A stretch of 64,000 nucleotides of DNA from Eledone cirrhosa (lineage: Eukaryota), in NCBI GenBank assembly GCA_964016885.1, contig OZ024740.1:263872001-263936000 (forward strand). The letters are read 5' to 3'. Both the position numbers and the translations under genes were made by a program. Below the pieces are notes generated by a model that did no database searches, had not been told where the DNA came from, and worked only from the letters and a program-made list of their open reading frames with translations. Below are positions 57,680-64,000 of this stretch, piece after piece (position 1 is the stretch's first letter; every line of letters starts with the position of its first letter).

Positions 57680-57909
57680 ATTATATATCTCGTCAACGTT
57701 TACGGTTACTATGTGAATATGATATGCTATCGATTCCAGAGGCATGCACAATCACTACGGATCGTTCCGATCCTTCATGAAACACGCGTTATAAGTGAAT
57801 AAAGATAATAATATTATATTGATTATTCGTTCTAATCAATATTATAATTATAATTATTATTATATTATATTATAATTATAACTATTATTAACATTATTAT
57901 TATTATTGT

Positions 57910-58100
57910 AGCGGATTGGCATTATTGGTAGAGCCTTGGACAATATGCTTTGCGTCATAAAGTTACGACCCTTTACGTTCTGAGTTCAAATCCCACCGAG
58001 TTTAGCTTTGCCTTTCATCCCTACCGGTTTGATGAATGAAAGCACCAGTAATGCACTGGCTTCGATTTGATTCGTGGCCTTGTGCCTATAGTAGAAATCA
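57910..58100 (+). mobile_element. Older tRNA-derived SINE with (ATT)n tail
   Basis: ttctgagttcaaatcccaccgag..ctttgcctttcatcc..ggccttgtgcctatagtagaaa. Confidence 0.85.
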
Positions 58101-58111
58101 TTATTATTATT

Positions 58112-58507
58112 ATTCTTTGAGTCTCAGCCATTGATCTTATTTAATTGGAAAGTTTGTTGGAATGAATATCAAGCGGCTACCTGCAGCCTCGGAGGGTTCT
58201 TACTGTTCCCAGCAAGCAGGCCTTTTCGGGCACGATCAGGCACGATCGTTTTTCCTTGTCAAAAGCACAAGTTCAGGCCAGTTGTGTTCTAATTTTTTGT
58301 CCGTCTGTATCCTAAAATCCCATAGCACCTTCACTTCATTGTTTTCTATCACCGACTCTAGCTTGTGCTCATACCACGTCTCAGAATGTGGTAAGTTGTT
58401 TAGTTTGCATTGGTGCCAGTGAATCACTATTCCTATCATATCATGTCTCCAGCCTTTATAGTAAGTCTGGGCTAGGAGTTTACACTCAGTTAAAATGAGA
58501 GCGACAC

Positions 58508-58510
<3 letters not shown>
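58112..58510 (-). mobile_element. R4/Dong-clade 3' fragment, internally deleted, flanked by (TAA)n on both sides
   Basis: ECKLLAQTYYKGWRHDMIGIVIHW..CK...WYEHKLESVIENNEVKVLWDFRIQTDKKLEHNWPELV and KACLLGTVRTLR. 3' UTR as at 39030-39100. Confidence 0.85.
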
Positions 58511-58565
<55 letters not shown>

Positions 58566-61500
58566 GGTCTGTTCGGGCGTCTTTTTCCTCGCTCCCAGTA
58601 AGTCGCTTTATTTACCTGATATAATTGTTTATTGTTAAATTTTTCTTGTTGTTTAAGGAATATAAGCCCTTGGACTTTGCCATGTGAAGGGGAAAGTATA
58701 ATATTTGGGCCTTTTGGCCCAAATATTTGAACATTTTACTTTTAAAAAAAACACAAAAAACATGGCTTAGCCAAGCCCCACAGCAATATGTCTGCTGTCT
58801 TGTGAGAACGGCGTAAAAGTTGAGAGGAGGTTTACAGAAATTGATACAATAAACACCACCACAAACAACGTGAACAAAGACAACACTGAGAACACTAATA
58901 TTAAAAAAATTACCACACAAATTACAACAATAACAGTGACAACGAAAATACAGACAACAGAAAAAAAATTTCAACAAATGCGACAACGATATTAACACCA
59001 CTAACAAGAAAATAAGCAACGACAACACCAACAGCAACAATACAAATTGCACCGAAAACAACAACAACGGTGGCACCGAAAACACAACCAACTACAATAG
59101 TGATAACAGTAACAACGTTTGTAGCAGTAGCAACAGCAACAGCACCAACAACAAGACTAGTAGTAGAAGTAGCGGCAGTAATAATGGTGCTGCTGAGAAA
59201 GGGGCCACTTCTTTCGCAGGTGTGACTCAAAATATAGAGACAGTGCTAGTCACGGAGGACGAGATGGCAGTCGCAAGAGCCATGGTGACAAGAAATGACA
59301 ATAGAGTTTCCCTGAAACCTCCTCCCGATTTCTTCAAAGACCAGCAGCTGCGCACGGTGACTTACCGCACCGTAAGCAAAATGTCACATCGGGTAGAGAG
59401 AGCCACGGAGGCTCAATTCCAAAAGGCATTGGGGTGCGTCTGGGCGCGCAAAACCCACATCACACAAGGCAAAAAGTATGCCACAGTAGACGTTGTTTTC
59501 GACACCGGCCAAGAGGCAAAGTCTCACTTTGGAAACCCTAAAGAGTGAGGAGATAGTCTTGGTGCCCTCCTACTGCGGGCAGAAAATTGTTATGGTCAAA
59601 GTGACCCAGGTCCCGCCCGAGGTGCCCATACCTTAGCTGGCCGCGTCTGTACTTTCTGGAATCGAGGAGAAGACAACCATGCTGAAAATACAGAGAATGG
59701 GAAGAGAAAACTGGTCCGGAATAGGCATGCAAATGCTAATACAAACTGACCACGAGTGCATCGATCCCATCCCATATATCATAGACCTCGATGAAGGACT
59801 CTAACTACCTATAAGTGTGGAAGGAAGGCGCACAAAGTGCTATCTGTGGGCAGAACGGTCGCCTCAGGGCCTTCTGCCCGCAGAAGACAGCTAAGAAGAG
59901 GGGCCCCTCCTTCCGACGCCTGATCCGCTGCTACCAAGATTAGGGCAGGCAACAGAGGAATAAGACCTTTCCATGGTGAGTAGGAGGGCCGCGTCCGTGG
60001 TACCCATACCAAGGCCACGGACAACTGAAACACTGGCAACATAGGCGGCAACACCAACAGTCGCAGTAGCTACACAGGCGGCATAATCGCCGGAGAGGGC
60101 TCCACTACCACCACCAATAGCAGTGGTGCTCATAGCCCTCCCAGACGCCACAAAATCCAACATGGAGTATGAGGCGGGAGGGAAGTGGCAAACTGTCTGC
60201 CACAAAAAAAAAAAAATAAATAAAAAAAACCTTAATTTCACCCTCCAAAAGCGAAGGCAAACAAAGAGGAGTAAAGGCTGCAAGGAGACTTGCAGCAACA
60301 CCACCACCATCACCACCACAAGCATCACCACCACCAACAACAACACCAACACCAGTATCACCAAAAGCATCAGCATCGCAAACACAACAAAGCACACACA
60401 CCCAACAGCAACAAGAAAACAGCAACAACAACAACACCACTCCTCCCAAAAAGAACAGCCATAAACATGGCAAATAAAGAACTCTTACAACATATAAAGC
60501 AGCACACAGACACCACAGAACAAAATTACTATACCCCACCAACACCAAGAACTCTCCCCAAAAACATAAGCATCATTGAAATTAAAATAGAACATTACAA
60601 ACTTTTAAAAGTTGGAGACTTCAGAGGGTCGGTTACCAAGAGGATATACACCGACATCATCTTGGAAACACCTATGACCAGACGAAGTGAGGGTTCTACT
60701 GTCCGTTCCCCACACGATCAAGGTAAGTGATCCTTTCTCACTTACCCCGTTCTCATCCAACATGGCCGTACTTAGAATAGGCAGTATAAATGTACGTGGC
60801 ATGGGGTCATCTTGGAAGCAGGATCACCTGCTCAAGGACCTCAGGTCACTAAACATAGATGTTGTGGCCATCAGCGAGATCAGAATCTCCAAAGCACGAG
60901 CCTTCGCATCGATCTTCGGCGGCTACGATGTATACACATCTCCCAGTAGTCCAGGTTCGGGGGGAGGAGTTGCTGTGCTTTTTCGGAGAGGCTTCGATCT
61001 CGCCATACGGGCCATCTTTCTGGACCCAGAAGGTAAGTCGGTGGTACTGTACGTGACCGGCATCAAAGGCAATGATTTCAGGCCCTTAGCCGTCTACGCC
61101 CCAAAAGGGGCAAGACGGCTAGTTGTCTTCACACCTCTAGAGACCTTTCTTGGAACGTCCCGTTCTTTAGTGTTAGTAGGCAACTGGAACGGTATCTTGG
61201 ATGCACGCTGGGATTGTGTGGGGATACTGGGTAGGAGAGGAGGGTGTAAAAGACACAACAACCCGCTCAGACGTTTTGAACTGTCTGACAGGTATAGACT
61301 GGATTGTTCGAATGTGCCAATATGGACATGGGAAAACTGCATCGGGTCATCCAGATCGTATTTAGATAGGGCTTTCTGTAGGGAAACGGATAGTGTAGGT
61401 TGTACACAATTTAAAGTAGTCCACTAAACGGACCATAAATTTGTGATCTGTGAAGTTGACTTAGATACACTCCATAGGTAAGGGCCCGGCTACGGGAACC

Positions 61501-63768
61501 TGAACGCGTCGTTCCCGGCGCGCAAAGCTTACAGAGACCGGATTAGCGAATTAGTTAGGCATGCTATGACGGGACCGAACGTCAACAACAGGTGGTGTTT
61601 TACCCTGAAAAGGGCTATTAGAGTAGAATCGATATGGCTTAGCAAAGGACTAGTGATAGAGGAAAATAGAATAGAGGGAGAGTTAGTTAGAAAGCTAGAA
61701 GAGGCGTTTAGGACAGGCATCGCAACCGACGTGCTTGCAGCGTGATTGGCACGCGACCAATTCTTCAATTCTGTCAGAGCTAGAACGCGTGTTCTAAGAC
61801 ACGAGGGGACGAAAGCCGTTCAATGGGCCCGGGTGGTAGAGGCGCGACGTGGCAGCAACCCACAAATCAGTCTTTGCCTGTTCAAAACGGGCGCATTTTG
61901 CTCGAACCCGAGCAGATGTGTGCGGCATTTCAACAACACTTTGCTCAATTGTTCTGGAGCGGCGGCGGGACGGTTCGGAGTATGGACTTCGGTGCGCACT
62001 TCGACGGACTGCCGCGGCTCTCAACGATCGCAGAGCAATGCTGCGAAAAGCCGATAACAGCCAATGAAATACGGGAAGCGATGTCTGACTGCACGAGGGG
62101 TAAATCGCCAGGTTTGGCTGGTCTGCCCTACGAGCTTTATGAGTATATGCCAGACTTGTTCGGCGACCTCTTGGCAGATGTCTGCTGCTACTGGCAGCAA
62201 AACGGGAGCATTGCCAGTTTTGTGAGCCGGGGAGCAGTGGCGCTGCTAAGAAAAGACCCGAACAAGGTGGACGTTATAGACAACTTCAGGCCCATAACTC
62301 TGCTAAACGCAGAGTTTAAAATTTTGGCCAAATGTTAACAAAGAGATTGGCGCTTGTCGTCGGTGAGCTGGTGGGAGAGGCCATTCCGGACAGATCAATC
62401 CACGACAACCACCCTCTCACGCGATACATCATAGAGAGGGTGGTTAAGGAGCCTGACATAAGTGGGACCCTGATTAACTTGGATCAATCTAAAGCATTTG
62501 ATAGGGTCAACGATCGGTACCTGGCTGCGGTCCTCGAGGTAGCTTGGCTCCGGGTCCGTTTTTAGTGGCTGGATCGCTGCGATGCACAGCGACATGCTCG
62601 ATTGTGAGGGTGAATGGTCACCTGTCGCAGCCTTTCAACTTCATGCGCTCGGTCCGTTAGGGTTTCCCCCTACGTTCCTCTTGTACGTACTGGCCCTCGA
62701 GCCGTTACTTCACAAATTGGAGACGATGAGGGGCATCCCACGCGAACTGGAATGCAGGAGATCCGTGTCAGACGATCCATATGCTGTCAACACCAGTTGC
62801 GTAGAGGACTAGGCATGCCATGGCTGATGATGCGCAAACATACGCTGAGGCTGCGCCATCTCTGGCGCTTCCTCGACGGTGAACAGGTGTGGTCGCCGTT
62901 TGCCAAACGCGCTTTACCCCAGCTCGTCTTCTTGATGGAGCTGCAGTCCTGGATCAGGAAAAGACCGAGGGATAGCGCTTGGAAGCTGGAATGTCTCCAA
63001 GTGCTCACCGCCCTCTACCAGCTGGGCACTAGGATCGGTGTAACATCCACATCGGCGCTCTATAGAGGGCAAGTGGAAGGAAAGAGCGACGACGTTCTCG
63101 GGGAGACCCTGGGCGTCGAAGACCATCAGCTGTTCGCTATCTTCAAGAGAACTTTCAGACCGGCGGCTATGGACAACTTCCAGAAATCCCTGGCTTGGCA
63201 GTGCTACCGAGAAGAGTTGCCGGTTCGGGATACATGCACGGAGGTGTTGTCAGCCGAACCTGTCCGAGATGCGCCCAGGGCGACAAAACCGTCCTGCACG
63301 CACTCGTTCAGTGCCTGAGGATTGCTGACTTGAGAAGCTATATCGAACAGATGCTGTCACGTGTAGGACTGATCCGGTTATCGACTGAGTCAATTGTGCA
63401 GATAGCCCCGTCATCCTCCTTTAAAGAGGAGGAAGGGCAGGCAGTTTTCATCTGCCCGGTGGCCATGCCAAAAGAGATTGTGTGGTGGACAAGGTTGAAA
63501 GGGTTGAAGACGGACACTTTCCTCTCCCTCCAATCCCTGATTAACTTTTTCAAGTTTCACTTGAAGAGGAAAATCAGGGTGGAGAGGCAAGTGCTGTCTT
63601 CTAGTAAGTTTGTTGAAAGGTGGATGAAAGTGGCGAGACTGGGCCGAGTGAACGGCCCACTCTGAGTATGCGCCTGTAGACTGAGGAGTGGGAACACAGA
63701 GGGAGCGCTTGCCCTGGTGGTCAGGGTCACGTGGTCTTTTGTGTGGTTTTCTCCACGAGTGACCCTGA
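58566..63768 (+). mobile_element. L1/Tx1-clade LINE (copy B, divergent family), decayed, 3' terminus replaced
   Basis: Starts right after (ATT)n. Broken ORF1 at about 58760-60730 (RTVTYRT, VEGRRTKCY..). ORF2 is homologous to copy A. Confidence 0.88.
60762..63679 (+). pseudogene. Tx1 ORF2 pseudogene lacking the YADD catalytic block
   Basis: MAVLRIGSINVRG, LETFLGTSRSL, SRSYLDR, FRPITLLN, LDQSKAFDRV, MDNFQKSLAWQCYR, CPRC. RSVS is joined directly to VRRSICCQ at about 62770. Confidence 0.9.
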
Positions 63769-64000
63769 GAAAGGAGAAAACCCCCCTCCTTCCGAAACCG
63801 GCTCCACTGCTACCAGCAACAGGGCAGGCGGCAAGCAGGAAGGATAGGTACGTGGCACCCATACCCACGCCACGGAAATCAAGAACAGCAGCAGCAGTGG
63901 AAGTGTTAACAACAACAACAGTAATACCAACTGCAGCTGCAACAGAGATTCCACTGCAAGCGTCACCAACAAGAACAAGTGAAAGAGTGCAGCTGGTATC
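63769..64000 (+). mobile_element. Mid-ORF1 segment of a third, related Tx1 copy (runs off the window)
   Basis: KEKTPLLPKPAPLLPATGQA...VAPIPTPRK is homologous to 59893-60030 (PLLPTPDPLLPRLGQA...VVPIPRPR). Confidence 0.7.

Noticed and set aside
60290-60480. His/Gln-rich peptide (QQHHHHHHHK...)
   Set aside because: It is an alternative-frame reading of CAC/CAA-rich low-complexity linker in a frameshifted ORF1.

Overview
AT-rich animal genomic DNA, most likely an octopod cephalopod judging from the tRNA-derived SINE family (an inference from memory, not a database hit). No host protein-coding gene can be supported. Nearly all 'IYIYIY/CVCV/THTH' ORFs are translations of (TA)n, (TG)n and (CA)n microsatellites. 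The window is a graveyard of transposons, many sitting in microsatellites. It holds two L1/Tx1-clade LINEs (29.6-35.1 kb, full length with a 17-bp TSD; 58.6-63.8 kb, internally deleted and fused to a third copy) and a Helitron with both termini (22.1-26.2 kb). It also holds several Penelope-like element (PLE) bodies, more than a dozen short fold-back PLE end fragments inside (TA)n arrays, about ten minimal type I hammerhead ribozyme motifs, R4/Dong, RTE/RTEX and CRE fragments, and about eight SINE copies. Three leads stand out. (1) In both divergent Tx1 elements the whole ORF2 lies between a canonical 5' splice donor just upstream of its ATG and an acceptor-like CCTGTAG formed by its own stop codon; in the better-preserved copy the splice would extend ORF1 in frame. 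(2) The hammerhead-bearing PLE ends follow a recurring asymmetric fold-back architecture. (3) Two hammerheads carry a U3-A8 compensatory core.
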